64,000 nt of DNA, taken from contig JAYEOW010000029.1 in the NCBI GenBank assembly GCA_034723395.1, positions 4,737 through 68,736 of the forward strand, in the 5' to 3' direction. The position numbers and the translations under genes are program-made. A model generated the notes under the pieces. It worked only from the letters and a program-made list of their open reading frames with translations. It ran no database searches and had not been told where the DNA came from. This document shows positions 29,821 through 39,677 of this stretch, piece by piece (the stretch's first letter is position 1; each line of letters starts with the position of its first letter). This stretch comes from Candidatus Margulisiibacteriota bacterium (GTDB taxonomy: Bacteria; Margulisbacteria; WOR-1; O2-12-FULL-45-9).

Positions 29821-31057
29821 GATCCGCGATTTTTCCTTCGATCAGTGAAGCAGCGACCGTTGCTGGAGAGCCGAGATAGATAAAGGCGTTTACGTTACCC
29901 ATTCTTCCCTTAAAATTTCGGTTAGCTGTTGAGATTACATTTTCTCCATCAGATGGAACTCCGTTATGAGTGCCGACACAGGGGCCGCAGCCAGGGGTAA
30001 CAAAGATCGCTCCGGCATCCATTAAAATATCAACAATTCCTGCATGCATTGCGTCTTTAAAAATCTGTGCGGAAGCTGGAGCGATGATCAGTCGGGTCCC
30101 TTCCTTTATTTTTTTACCTTTAAGAATAGAGGCGGCGATCTTAAGATCTTCTAACCGTCCATTAGTACAAGTTCCGATATATCCTTGCTGGATAGGGGTG
30201 CCTAAAACTTCTGAAATAGGGCAAACATTATCGACGGTGTGCGGTTTGGCGATCTGTGGTTCAAGTTTGGAGACATTGTATTCTTTGGTCACTTTATAAA
30301 CCGCGTCTTTATCGGCTTTTGTAGGATTCGGCTCCTTCTTAGAGTGCCCCTTTACCCAATCGAGAACTTTCTTATCCGCATTCATTAGGCCAACTTTAGC
30401 GCCGCATTCAATTGCCATGTTGGAGATCGTAAAGCGGGCTTCAACCGAAAGTTTGTCGATGACTTCACCATAAAATTCTAGTGCCATATAAGTAGCACCG
30501 TCTGCGCCGATATCACCGATAAAATTTAATATCAGATCTTTTGAGTAAATACCTTTAGGGAGATTTCCTTTGAAAGTTACTTTCATAGTCTCTGGGACTT
30601 TAAACCATAGTTTACCGGAAGAAATTCCTGCCGCCAGATCGGTTGATCCTACTCCGGTCGAAAAGACATTGATCGCGCCGTAAGTGCAGGTGTGTGAATC
30701 TGCGCCAATAACCAAATCGCCGGGGACTACATGTCCTTGTTCTGGGACTATTTGATGACAAACACCACAACCGACATCATAAAGGAGCGATCCTTGTCCT
30801 TCCGCAAAATCTCTGATCTTTTTATGGATCGCTGAAACGCCAGCGTTCGGCGATGGGGAACTGTGGTCGATAATGATCGCAAACTTTTTAGGGTCAGCGA
30901 TCTTCTTCGTCCCCATCTTTTGGAAGGAGTCGACTATAATACCGGAAGTGCCGTCTTGCCCCATCATAAAATCCAGATCGGCAATTACAATATCTCCAGC
31001 CTTAGCATCTTTTCCAGAGTGGTTAGAGAGGATTTTCTCAGCGATGGTTCTTCCCAT
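29804..31057 (-). CDS. Aconitase-family dehydratase large subunit (3-isopropylmalate/homoaconitate dehydratase LeuC/HacA type)
   Basis: 417 aa. Motifs DHSSPSP, GIVHQ-like CHQIV, SHTCTYGA and GCGPCVG. No small-subunit gene adjacent. Confidence 0.8.
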   Translation of the reverse strand: MGRTIAEKILSNHSGKDAKAGDIVIADLDFMMGQDGTSGIIVDSFQKMGTKKIADPKKFAIIIDHSSPSPNAGVSAIHKKIRDFAEGQGSLLYDVGCGVCHQIVPEQGHVVPGDLVIGADSHTCTYGAINVFSTGVGSTDLAAGISSGKLWFKVPETMKVTFKGNLPKGIYSKDLILNFIGDIGADGATYMALEFYGEVIDKLSVEARFTISNMAIECGAKVGLMNADKKVLDWVKGHSKKEPNPTKADKDAVYKVTKEYNVSKLEPQIAKPHTVDNVCPISEVLGTPIQQGYIGTCTNGRLEDLKIAASILKGKKIKEGTRLIIAPASAQIFKDAMHAGIVDILMDAGAIFVTPGCGPCVGTHNGVPSDGENVISTANRNFKGRMGNVNAFIYLGSPATVAASLIEGKIADPRKYL

Positions 31058-32041
31058 TTATCTTTTCTTCCGTGCCCTCCGAAGCTTTAGCGAAGGAGGG
31101 TTCTTGGCAGGTTTTACATGATTAACCCTTCGAGTTTTTTCCTTAACCGCTTTTTCGATCAAACGAGTTTTCTCAATCAGGTAGGGGTCCAATCCTTCCA
31201 TCTGGACAACCTCCTGGATCAATTTGATCGCCTTTGGGTGATGGGCGATGTCGGCCAGATCGAGCTTTGCGCGGGCGATCAGGTCTTTATAAGCAAAAGG
31301 CATTTTTAAAACTTCGGTAAGTAGCTTCTGAGCTTTTTTAAAATCTCCTCTTTTAGCCCGGTGGATCAAGATCTCTGATTTTAAAACTTTCCCTTTATTT
31401 ACAAAATAGTCGTCTGGCCTTGATTTCATCTCCTTCAAGGCGAGATCGACCAGTTTGAGGGATTGCGCGACGTAATCCGGATTGCGATAAAGGATGATCT
31501 CGGCTTTAGAAAGGAGGGCTCGTCCTCTGAAATACCAGTGTGCCTCTTTTTCTTTCACAACCCGGTTAATAAGCTCCAGCGCTTTGGCCCAATCCCCTTT
31601 GTTGCGGCGCGCTAAAAGAAGCTCAGCTTCTACCAAATATGTTTTTGCGACAAAAAATTCGGCCATGTTTGATCCCAGGGTCTTTCTCGCTTTCTCGGAA
31701 AGGGAGATCGCGTTATCAAATTCGTCACGGACGCCGATCATCAGCTCCGCTTTTCCGATCAGCGCGCGGGCCCTAAGTGATTCCGGGATCGGGCGGAGGA
31801 GGATTTGGTCATAAAGGCTCATCGCTTTCCGGTGGTCGCCCGCGTCGCCGCGGCCTACCATAAGATCGGCGATCCCGAACATGAGTTCCGGAGTGTCCGA
31901 GCGTTTCGGATTTTGGACCAGGATCCGGTTGTAGCGCTTTAGGACCTTATTTATTTTTTCTTTTTCGGACGGGACCGGAAACCCAACTTCCTTATCAACG
32001 ATATAGCTCATAATCGGGGATAGAATTGCCATTTTTTTCAC
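31058..32041 (-). CDS. TPR-like repeat protein
   Basis: 327 aa. Repeated helical-hairpin pattern with A/L/K/E-rich repeats. Confidence 0.5.
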   Translation of the reverse strand: MKKMAILSPIMSYIVDKEVGFPVPSEKEKINKVLKRYNRILVQNPKRSDTPELMFGIADLMVGRGDAGDHRKAMSLYDQILLRPIPESLRARALIGKAELMIGVRDEFDNAISLSEKARKTLGSNMAEFFVAKTYLVEAELLLARRNKGDWAKALELINRVVKEKEAHWYFRGRALLSKAEIILYRNPDYVAQSLKLVDLALKEMKSRPDDYFVNKGKVLKSEILIHRAKRGDFKKAQKLLTEVLKMPFAYKDLIARAKLDLADIAHHPKAIKLIQEVVQMEGLDPYLIEKTRLIEKAVKEKTRRVNHVKPAKNPPSLKLRRARKKR

Positions 32042-32099
32042 CTACTTGAAATTAAATTTTTTAGATATTGACCCCTAATTGTATATAATGTAAAATATA

Positions 32100-32888
32100 A
32101 TGTCAATGATACAGATTTCCCCACAGCGCGAAAAAGAATTGAACGAGATCGAAAAAAAGATTGGAACCTCCTTTTTGAATAAGGCCTTGTTGAACCAGGC
32201 ATTTGTCCATAGCTCCTACGGCCACGAAAAAAGTACCCCCGACAACGAACGCTTGGAGTTTTTGGGCGACGCGGTACTAAAACTGGTGATCAGCGAATAT
32301 ATTTACCATAAATTCCCCGATCGTGCCGAAGGCGACCTGACCAAGATCCGGGCAGCGGTCATTTCCGATGAAACACTCTCAAGGATCGGGAAGGCCCTCT
32401 CCCTGGGAAATTATCTTTTACTAAGTCCGAACGAGAGGCGTACCGGGGGGACCAGGAAAAAATCGAATATGGCCAATACCTTTGAAGCGCTGATCGGAGC
32501 GGTTTTCCTGGACTCAGGGATCGGGAAATCCAGGGATTTAATTATCGAGTCTCTGCGAGCAGAGATCGAAAAAACCTCCCGAAAAGGGTATATCGTCGAT
32601 TTTAAATCGGCCCTGCAGGAATATGCCCAGAAGAGAAGATGGCAGCTCCCGTACTATCGGGTAATTAAGGAGAGCGGACCAAAGCATCGCCGGGTTTTTT
32701 GGATGGAGGTAAAAATCAAAGGGAAACAATATGGGGTGGGGAGAGGCCGCAGCAAAAAAGAGTCTGAGCAGCGGGCAGCCACGCAGGCCTTGCGCAAACT
32801 AAAGCTTGAAGAAAAACAGGGCGAAAAGAAGGTTAATAAGGGGATCAGAAATCTTATTACCACTGTTAGAAAAAGGATGAAGATGTAA
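32100..32888 (+). CDS. rnc: Ribonuclease III
   Basis: ERLEFLGDAVL signature plus a C-terminal dsRBD. Confidence 0.9.
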   Translation: MSMIQISPQREKELNEIEKKIGTSFLNKALLNQAFVHSSYGHEKSTPDNERLEFLGDAVLKLVISEYIYHKFPDRAEGDLTKIRAAVISDETLSRIGKALSLGNYLLLSPNERRTGGTRKKSNMANTFEALIGAVFLDSGIGKSRDLIIESLRAEIEKTSRKGYIVDFKSALQEYAQKRRWQLPYYRVIKESGPKHRRVFWMEVKIKGKQYGVGRGRSKKESEQRAATQALRKLKLEEKQGEKKVNKGIRNLITTVRKRMKM

Positions 32889-34177
32889 TGGTGGGGATAC
32901 TGATTAAAAATGGAAGGGTAGTTGATCCCGCATCTAAAATAGACGGGAAAAGGGATGTCTTAATCGAAGGCGGGAAGGTAAAAAAAATAGGGACGAGATT
33001 GGCGGGACGGGGGGCGAAGATTGTAGATGCCAAAGGGATGCTGGTTTTACCGGGTTTGATTGATCTGCATGCTCACTTAAGAGATCCGGGAAGGCCGGAT
33101 AAAGAGACAATTGCGTCGGGGACCAGGGCGGCGGCGATGGGAGGGTTTACCTCTATATGTTGTATGGCAAATACCGAACCGCCGGTCGATAATCCCGCGG
33201 TCGTAAAATATATTGTAAACAAAGCTGAAACCGATGGAGTAGTGAATGTTTTTCCGATCGGGGCGGTTACTAAAGGGATAAAGGGAGAATTTCTTGCCGA
33301 ACTCGGTTTGATGCTCAATGAGGGGGCAGTTGCTTTTTCCGATGATGGAAACCCATTAATGAGCGCAAAGATGATGCGCCGGGCGCTTGAGTACTCAAAG
33401 CAATTCGATGTTCCGATTATTTCCCATTGCGAAGATAGGACCTTGTCAAAAGAGGGGGTGATGAACGAGAGCGCTCTTTCGACCGAGCTTGGCCTTCCCG
33501 GCATTCCCGCATTGTCTGAAGAGGTTATGGTAGAGCGCGATGTTAGGTTGGCCGAAGAGTTTGGAAAGGTCCATATTGCCCATGTTTCGTCGGCCAAATC
33601 GGTTGATATTATCCGTAAGGCTAAGAGAAGGGGCGCCCCGGTAACAGGCGAGACCTGTCCGCACTATTTTTCATTAACGGAGGAAGCGATAAGAGGTTAT
33701 AATACAAACGCGAAAGTTAACCCCCCGCTTAAAAGCAAAAAAGATCAAAAAGCAGTTATCAAAGGATTAAAGGATGGGACGATTGATGCGATCTCGACCG
33801 ACCATGCCCCGCATAATATTGAAGAAAAGAATGTAGAATTTAATCAGGCTGCTTTTGGGATGGTCGGGCTTGAGACCGCGCTCGCTTTAACTCTGACCAG
33901 CCTGGTAAATAGCAAAGCGTTAACCTTAAAACAGGCAATCAGTAAATTAACCGCTGAACCGGCCCGGATCCTCGGATTGAACAAAGGGAACTTGAAAGTT
34001 GGAGCAGACGCTGATCTTATTATCGTTGATCCAAAGGCTGAGTGGGTAGTTGATCCTTCAAGATTTGCCTCAAAAAGTAAAAATTCGCCATTTGCGGGAC
34101 ACAAGCTAAAAGGGAGAGTGCTCTTTACGATTGTCCGCGGTAAGGTTGTGGTGCGAAATGGCAAACTGGCCGTCTAA
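32888..34177 (+). CDS. pyrC: Dihydroorotase
   Basis: DLHAHLRDPG metal-binding motif; amidohydrolase fold; ~429 aa. Confidence 0.85.
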   Translation: MVGILIKNGRVVDPASKIDGKRDVLIEGGKVKKIGTRLAGRGAKIVDAKGMLVLPGLIDLHAHLRDPGRPDKETIASGTRAAAMGGFTSICCMANTEPPVDNPAVVKYIVNKAETDGVVNVFPIGAVTKGIKGEFLAELGLMLNEGAVAFSDDGNPLMSAKMMRRALEYSKQFDVPIISHCEDRTLSKEGVMNESALSTELGLPGIPALSEEVMVERDVRLAEEFGKVHIAHVSSAKSVDIIRKAKRRGAPVTGETCPHYFSLTEEAIRGYNTNAKVNPPLKSKKDQKAVIKGLKDGTIDAISTDHAPHNIEEKNVEFNQAAFGMVGLETALALTLTSLVNSKALTLKQAISKLTAEPARILGLNKGNLKVGADADLIIVDPKAEWVVDPSRFASKSKNSPFAGHKLKGRVLFTIVRGKVVVRNGKLAV

Positions 34178-34787
34178 ATTAATCCTTCTGGGTTTTTCGT
34201 TTTTTGTCCTGTTGGCTGGTTGTGGGGATATTGAGGGGGATGTTGCCACATTAACGCTCTCTCCTTCGAGCGCGACCATCGGGATCAATCAATCTCAAGT
34301 ATTTACCTCGATCGCAAAGGACAGCTACGGGCTGATCGTCGATTCTTCGCCGACCTGGAGTACTACGGGCGGGATCGGGGCGATCAGCACGACCGGGTTG
34401 TTCGTTGCCGGAGATAGCACGGGAGAGGGATATGTGGCCGCTACTTTAGACAACAAGATTGCGACCGCTACGGTAACAATTACTGATGCCGGCTGGCTTA
34501 CCGGAAGGGTCCAAAGTTCACTGAGCAATCTTGGCTATATCGCAAACATTAAAGTTTACCTTAGTGAAGATCCGACCCTTTATGACCGTTCAGATAGTGA
34601 TGGGAGATACGAAATTTCGGGAATTCCAGCGGGGACCTATGAAGCCTTGACTGAAGCTACGGTTACCTTCCAGTCCGCTTCCCGTGAAGTTGCGGTTACC
34701 CGCGGTCAAACAACGACTTGGGATATCATGCTTGAGGCTCAGCCGGGGGTAAATCCGGTCCCAACTACTACGGTCCCTTCTTTTTAA
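34158..34787 (+). CDS. Lipoprotein with Ig-like (Big_2-type) and carboxypeptidase-regulatory-like domains
   Basis: Start MANWPSKLILLGFSFFVLLAGC (lipobox LAGC). Motif GRYEISGIPAGTYEA. Confidence 0.5.
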   Translation: MANWPSKLILLGFSFFVLLAGCGDIEGDVATLTLSPSSATIGINQSQVFTSIAKDSYGLIVDSSPTWSTTGGIGAISTTGLFVAGDSTGEGYVAATLDNKIATATVTITDAGWLTGRVQSSLSNLGYIANIKVYLSEDPTLYDRSDSDGRYEISGIPAGTYEALTEATVTFQSASREVAVTRGQTTTWDIMLEAQPGVNPVPTTTVPSF

Positions 34788-35131
34788 TGATGGCAGAGAC
34801 GTTTGATCCAAAAGAGGAGGGGCGACGGATCGCTAGCGAGTATTTAAGCAAGCGGGGGTGGGCGAGGGAGCGGAGGAGGTCGTTGGACCGGCAGGTCAAT
34901 CCCGGATTCCAGAGGGAAGAGTTTGAAGAGAAGGAGAGGCAGTGTGACCGGACCGAAGAAGATGCGGAGACGCTTTTTTCCGGTAAGGTTGAGCTGTACC
35001 GGAAGGATGGTTCATCTCAGGCCAAAGCGGTATTATGGTCGATTGTTGATATTCTGGGAAGAAGAACTGATCTCGGTTTTTTTGCAAAACGTATTATTGA
35101 TCGATTAAAAAGGGAGTTGGAACTGTTCTAA
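34787..35131 (+). CDS. Hypothetical protein
   Basis: 114-aa ORF in an operon-like arrangement; no recognisable motif. Confidence 0.35.
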   Translation: MMAETFDPKEEGRRIASEYLSKRGWARERRRSLDRQVNPGFQREEFEEKERQCDRTEEDAETLFSGKVELYRKDGSSQAKAVLWSIVDILGRRTDLGFFAKRIIDRLKRELELF

Positions 35132-36102
35132 TGGTTTGGCTAAAATTATTAATTTGTGCGGGGATCATATTTTTTGCGGGGATGAAGATTACCCGCTATG
35201 CGGATGTGATCGCCGAAAAAACCGGTTTAGGAAAAGCTTGGATCGGGCTGGTCCTTTTAGCAACGGTCACTTCACTCCCGGAGCTGGCGAACGGCATTTC
35301 CGCGGTAACTTTTACCGATATCCCTGATCTGGCGGTCGGCGACCTGTTAGGGGCCTGCATGATCAATATGCTTACCCTGGCCTTGCTTGACATTATTCAA
35401 TGGGTTAGAGGAAAGCCAACAATATTCGTTAAGCCGGCAAAAAGGAATGTTTTCGCGTGTTTTGTGAGTTTGTCGCTGCTGTTGTTCACCGCGTTCTCGA
35501 TATTAATGAGTATTTATGTTTTTGATCTAGCAATATTTTCGGTTTCATTATATACCCTGATTATTTTCGCGGTATATTTTGTTTCGCAGAAAGTTATGTT
35601 CCATCGCGAACATGAAAATGTTGAAATTTGTCATGAAAATGCAAATTATAAACTTTATCTAAAGTTCTTATTGTTAGGCTTGTTAATAATTGTCGCAGGC
35701 AGTTGGCTCCCTTTTATTGGCGGGGAGATAATATCAGTAATGGGATGGGGAAAAACATTTGTCGGGGTCCTTTTCTTGGGTTTAGCGACTACGCTGCCGG
35801 AACTAGTAGTTTCAATTTCGGCTTTAAGGATGGGAAATATCTCGATGAGCAAAGGAAATCTGTTTGGAAGCAATATTTTTAATATTGGGATCCTATTTGT
35901 CGTTGACGTTTTTTACCGAAAGGGACCTCTATTGGCAAGTGTTTCTAATAATATGATCTATGCCGCTCTGTTTGGCGCCCTCCTGACCGGGGTTGCGTTC
36001 AGGGCGATTAAGGCCAAGACAAAATTCCGTTTTGCCGCGGCGGCGATCATAGTTATCTATATCATTTCTATCTATATTTTATATGGATTGGGCATGTCAT
36101 AA
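35131..36102 (+). CDS. Sodium/calcium exchanger family (CaCA/YrbG) membrane protein
   Basis: Two internal repeats carrying the alpha-repeat motif (LLATVTSLPELANGISAV and GLATTLPELVVSISAL). Confidence 0.8.
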   Translation: MVWLKLLICAGIIFFAGMKITRYADVIAEKTGLGKAWIGLVLLATVTSLPELANGISAVTFTDIPDLAVGDLLGACMINMLTLALLDIIQWVRGKPTIFVKPAKRNVFACFVSLSLLLFTAFSILMSIYVFDLAIFSVSLYTLIIFAVYFVSQKVMFHREHENVEICHENANYKLYLKFLLLGLLIIVAGSWLPFIGGEIISVMGWGKTFVGVLFLGLATTLPELVVSISALRMGNISMSKGNLFGSNIFNIGILFVVDVFYRKGPLLASVSNNMIYAALFGALLTGVAFRAIKAKTKFRFAAAAIIVIYIISIYILYGLGMS

Positions 36103-36150
36103 GTTTACAGGTTTTATTGCTGCCTTTTTCTGTAAAGTACCGCAAAGTCC

Positions 36151-36179
36151 TTGACATTTTTTTAATATTTCCTTACAAT
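36151..36179 (+). promoter_or_regulatory. Sigma-70-like promoter TTGACA-17 nt-TACAAT
   Basis: Ends about 10 nt before the 36190 ATG (short leader). Confidence 0.45.
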
Positions 36180-36189
36180 TATCAGGTAG

Positions 36190-36591
36190 ATGAGGGTGAA
36201 ATCTTTAATACTTCTGTTTGTCTTGGGGATAGTTATTGTTGGTTGTGCTCCGAAGCCTGCCAGAGAAGTTGTACTCCTAAAAGATAGCATCGAAGTTGAA
36301 TTTGCGAAATCACCATCCTTTGTCGGTCAGGTCAAGAATATCGGTGAAAAAGATGTCCAATTGAGATCGATTGCTTTCACGATCTGGAAGAGCGGTAAAC
36401 GTGACTGGATAAAGGATGCCGGAGTGGCGTGGTTTGCGAAAAACCTTAAGCCGGAGGAAGCAGCCGTCTTTGAAGTTAATTTTCCTGAGCTAGGAACTAC
36501 CGAAGGTCTCTCTGTCTACTCTTATGAACTCCGATGGTACGACAAGGCAGCCAGCCGGCTATTTTCTAAAACCGAAAACGCCACCCTTTAA
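36190..36591 (+). CDS. Hypothetical lipoprotein
   Basis: Signal peptide with lipobox LGIVIVGCAP. Confidence 0.45.
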   Translation: MRVKSLILLFVLGIVIVGCAPKPAREVVLLKDSIEVEFAKSPSFVGQVKNIGEKDVQLRSIAFTIWKSGKRDWIKDAGVAWFAKNLKPEEAAVFEVNFPELGTTEGLSVYSYELRWYDKAASRLFSKTENATL

Positions 36592-37073
36592 TGTTAACCC
36601 TGGGAATCGATCCAGGCACAGCAACCACCGGTTTTGGTCTGATCAAAGAAAAAAAAGATAGGCTCGCTTTTGTGGACCACGGTATTATTTCTACTTCAAA
36701 AAAAGATAGTCCTCAGGATAGGCTGCGGAAGATATATATTGAGCTAAAGAACCTCCTGATCGAATTCAAGCCGGGCTCAGTGGCAATTGAGCGGCTTTTT
36801 TTCGGTAAGAACAGCAAAACCGCGATCGCGGTGGGGCAGGCGAGAGGGTTGGCGCTACTAGCTGCAGCTGAGCTTAAGATCCCGATTGCAGAATATACGC
36901 CTTTGCAGGTTAAAATGGCGATAACCGGGTACGGGAAAGCAGATAAAAAACAGGTGCAGCAGATGGTCAAGGCTTTATTACGGCTGGACTTTATCCCTAA
37001 GCCGGACGACGCGGCGGACGCCCTGGCGATCGCGATTACCCATCTGCATTCCTATAAGCTGGAGAATTTATGA
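36591..37073 (+). CDS. ruvC: Holliday junction resolvase RuvC
   Basis: MLTLGIDPGTATTGFGLI N-terminus. Confidence 0.9.
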   Translation: MLTLGIDPGTATTGFGLIKEKKDRLAFVDHGIISTSKKDSPQDRLRKIYIELKNLLIEFKPGSVAIERLFFGKNSKTAIAVGQARGLALLAAAELKIPIAEYTPLQVKMAITGYGKADKKQVQQMVKALLRLDFIPKPDDAADALAIAITHLHSYKLENL

Positions 37074-37669
37074 TCTCGCATTTGAAAGGGATACTGGAGC
37101 ACACTGACAAGAACCATATTATAATTGATGTTGGAGGTGTTGGTTATCACGTAAATGTCCCTTCCGCGATCCTGGCGAAGCTTCCAAAGACCGGAGAAGA
37201 GGTAAAGCTCTTTACCTATCAAGTAGTGAGAGAAGATGATGTTTCGTTGTATGGATTCCTTTCTAAAGAAGAGCGGAGCTTGTTTTCTTTGTTGCTTTCA
37301 GTGAGCGGGATCGGGCCCAAAGCTTCGCTTAAAATTATCTCCAGTTTCCCGATCGATAAGTTGGTCTCTGCAATCGCTTCAGGCGATGCCGATATGATCA
37401 CTTCGGTCCCGGGCGTTGGGGCAAAAACTGCGCAAAAACTGGTAATTGAGCTTAAAGAAAAAATTGCAAAAGCGTATGCGATCAAACCTTCGGAGATGGC
37501 AATTGGTATTAAAGGCGACACGCCTATAGTTTCGGATGCGATCTCAGCCCTAATTGCACTTGGCTATTCTCCTCGCGAAGCGCGCGACACAATTTTAAAG
37601 TCCGGACTCGATTTATCTGCTCAGAGTGTTGAAGGCATAGTAAGACAGGCGTTAAAGAACTTTGTCTAG
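37070..37669 (+). CDS. ruvA: Holliday junction branch-migration protein RuvA
   Basis: MISHLKGIL...GVGYHV N-terminus and HhH motifs GIGPKASLKI and VPGVGAKTAQKL. Confidence 0.9.
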   Translation: MISHLKGILEHTDKNHIIIDVGGVGYHVNVPSAILAKLPKTGEEVKLFTYQVVREDDVSLYGFLSKEERSLFSLLLSVSGIGPKASLKIISSFPIDKLVSAIASGDADMITSVPGVGAKTAQKLVIELKEKIAKAYAIKPSEMAIGIKGDTPIVSDAISALIALGYSPREARDTILKSGLDLSAQSVEGIVRQALKNFV

Positions 37670-38152
37670 GGTCCATCTTTCCGCCCGCCGCATCCATTTC
37701 CGCAGCCAAAATGTCTCTTCGGTCAGGTATTTTACAAAAATGGTATGGATTTTCAAAAACTTTGCTCCCAGGATATCCATAAAAATCTGATCCCCGATCA
37801 TTGCGCATTCCTCCGGTTTTGAATTGAGCAGCTTGAATGATTTTAAGAATACAAAAGGGAGCGGTTTCAGGCTAAACGGGATAGCCGGAATATCCAGGGT
37901 CTCTCCAATAAATTTAACCCTTATCGGATGGCGGCTGTTTGAGATGATGCAAAGTTTAAATCCTTCTTCCTTGCGCATGGCTACCCATTCAAAGACCCGC
38001 GGGGAGACATCGTTTACATTCCGGGGGATAAGGGTATCATCGATATCCAGGAGCAGGGAGTTAATCCCCATTTTCTTTAATTTTTCAAAATCTATCTCAT
38101 GGATATTATTTAGGATCTGGTCGGGCTTAAATATTTTTTGAAGCCAGTTCAA
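37652..38152 (-). CDS. HAD-superfamily phosphatase, YqeG-like (subfamily IIIA)
   Basis: LLLDIDDTL motif I, ISNS motif II, GDQIFMD motif IV. Confidence 0.65.
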   Translation of the reverse strand: MNWLQKIFKPDQILNNIHEIDFEKLKKMGINSLLLDIDDTLIPRNVNDVSPRVFEWVAMRKEEGFKLCIISNSRHPIRVKFIGETLDIPAIPFSLKPLPFVFLKSFKLLNSKPEECAMIGDQIFMDILGAKFLKIHTIFVKYLTEETFWLRKWMRRAERWTLDKVL

Positions 38153-38360
38153 AGTTTATCCTCCTTTTGAGCCCCTCTATCAATTTATCAAAGTCTTCTT
38201 TGAAATCGGGCGCAACCATCAGTTTAATGGTCGCCTTCGGGCCGGGCTCAGGTTTTGGGGTGCGAATAGAGACCATCCCCTCAAAGGCCTCAAAATAGGG
38301 GCAGATTAGATAAATATCCTCCTTGTTTACTCTAAGAAATACATCGATCGAGTCCATCAT
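38127..38360 (-). CDS. Hypothetical small protein
   Basis: 77-aa ORF coupled between flanking genes. Confidence 0.35.
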   Translation of the reverse strand: MMDSIDVFLRVNKEDIYLICPYFEAFEGMVSIRTPKPEPGPKATIKLMVAPDFKEDFDKLIEGLKRRINFELASKNI

Positions 38361-39160
38361 AGTTTTTCGATGTAGAAGATCAAAACCGCTGGAACATCTT
38401 CATATAAGATATCGTTGACCTCCTTTAATTTTTCATTACGGTCGCCTTTTAAGGCGGGATTGATATTTTCAAGTTGGCCCAAAAGTTTATCTACCCGTGG
38501 GTTGTCATATCTGGAAAAGTTCGCATTGCCGTCCGACTTAAAGAGCGGTTCGATAAGGGTATAACTGTCATAGTTTGCGGCCGCCTCTTCGGTAAAAAGC
38601 TGTTTGATATTTGCTTTATAACCGAGCAGATATAAATCGTGTTTGCCCGAAGAAAGCCCATCAATCCATTTATCTTCATCAGAATAGGGGATCTCTACCA
38701 GTTTTACCTTCATTCCGATATTGCGCAGGTCCTTTTGGATCTGATTGGCAATAGCGACGGTCATTAGTCCGTCGGTATGGAGGAGGGTTAGCGTTTTTAA
38801 GCGTTTGTCATTCATCGGATAATTGGAGCCTTTCATTAAAAGTTTGGCGTAAGAGACATCCATTTCGCGCGGGGCAAGGTCGGGATCATAGCCGATCATC
38901 TTAGGCGGGATATAGCTTCCCGGGACTACCTCTTCGCTGATGATTTCGGTAAGAATATATTTTTTATTGATCGTTTGATCGACCGCTTCCCGGACACGGA
39001 GATCTTTAAGCACGGGATTTTTCTGGTTGAATGCCATGAACCAGAGGCCATCGTACTCTTTTGCTAGAGCGAAAGAACAATTAACAATTAACAATGACAC
39101 AATTAACAATGAATGAAATATTATCTTATTTAGACGCATATTTTTTTCTCCCTTGTTCAA
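38357..39160 (-). CDS. Truncated family-5 solute-binding-protein-like ORF (C-terminal half only); possible gene remnant
   Basis: LRVREAVDQTINKKYILTEII... matches the middle and C-terminal part of SBP_bac_5. The N-terminal 'signal peptide' is encoded by an AT-rich repeat element and overlaps the upstream gene. Confidence 0.4.
   Translation of the reverse strand: MNKGEKNMRLNKIIFHSLLIVSLLIVNCSFALAKEYDGLWFMAFNQKNPVLKDLRVREAVDQTINKKYILTEIISEEVVPGSYIPPKMIGYDPDLAPREMDVSYAKLLMKGSNYPMNDKRLKTLTLLHTDGLMTVAIANQIQKDLRNIGMKVKLVEIPYSDEDKWIDGLSSGKHDLYLLGYKANIKQLFTEEAAANYDSYTLIEPLFKSDGNANFSRYDNPRVDKLLGQLENINPALKGDRNEKLKEVNDILYEDVPAVLIFYIEKL
39077..39118. repeat. AT-rich CAATTAACAAT iterated element
   Basis: acaattaacaattaacaatgacacaattaacaatgaatga. 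Its first 15 nt are identical to the minus-strand reading of 4657-4695. Confidence 0.5.
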
Positions 39161-39677
39161 AAAGATCTTTCCCCTTGGAATCGATCGCCACGATCGCCGG
39201 AAAGTCGACTACGTCCAGCGCTAAAATTGCTTCTGACCCGAGATCAGGATAAGCGATCACGGTCGACTTCTTAATATGGCGCGACATTAAAGCGGCAGTC
39301 CCTCCCGGAACGACCATGTAGGCCGCTTTGTATTTTTTCATCGCGGTAATAACCTCTTTTCCGCGGCGCCCTTTGCCGATCGTTATCTTTACGCCCTGCT
39401 TTAGGAGCGCGGGAGTAAAAGGATCCATTCTGGTCGACGTCGTGGGGCCGATCGACCCGATAATTTTTCCCTTTGGGGTTGGGGTGGGCGACGCGTAGTA
39501 AAGGATCGCCCCTTCGGTTTTAAATGGGGGTTTGTTTTGAAATATCCGATGCGCCGCGTCGCGGGCAGTATAGATTATTCCAGAGATTAAAACTTTATCG
39601 CCAGCTTTTAGGCTTTTGACATCTTTATCGGTTAGCGGTGCTTTTAATTTTATTAGTTTTGATTTAGATTTCGGCAT
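39126..39677 (-). CDS. Class I (Fe-S) fumarate hydratase beta subunit
   Basis: 183 aa; Fe-S hydro-lyase tartrate/fumarate beta-type sequence, paired with the alpha subunit. Confidence 0.8.
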   Translation of the reverse strand: MPKSKSKLIKLKAPLTDKDVKSLKAGDKVLISGIIYTARDAAHRIFQNKPPFKTEGAILYYASPTPTPKGKIIGSIGPTTSTRMDPFTPALLKQGVKITIGKGRRGKEVITAMKKYKAAYMVVPGGTAALMSRHIKKSTVIAYPDLGSEAILALDVVDFPAIVAIDSKGKDLFEQGRKKYASK

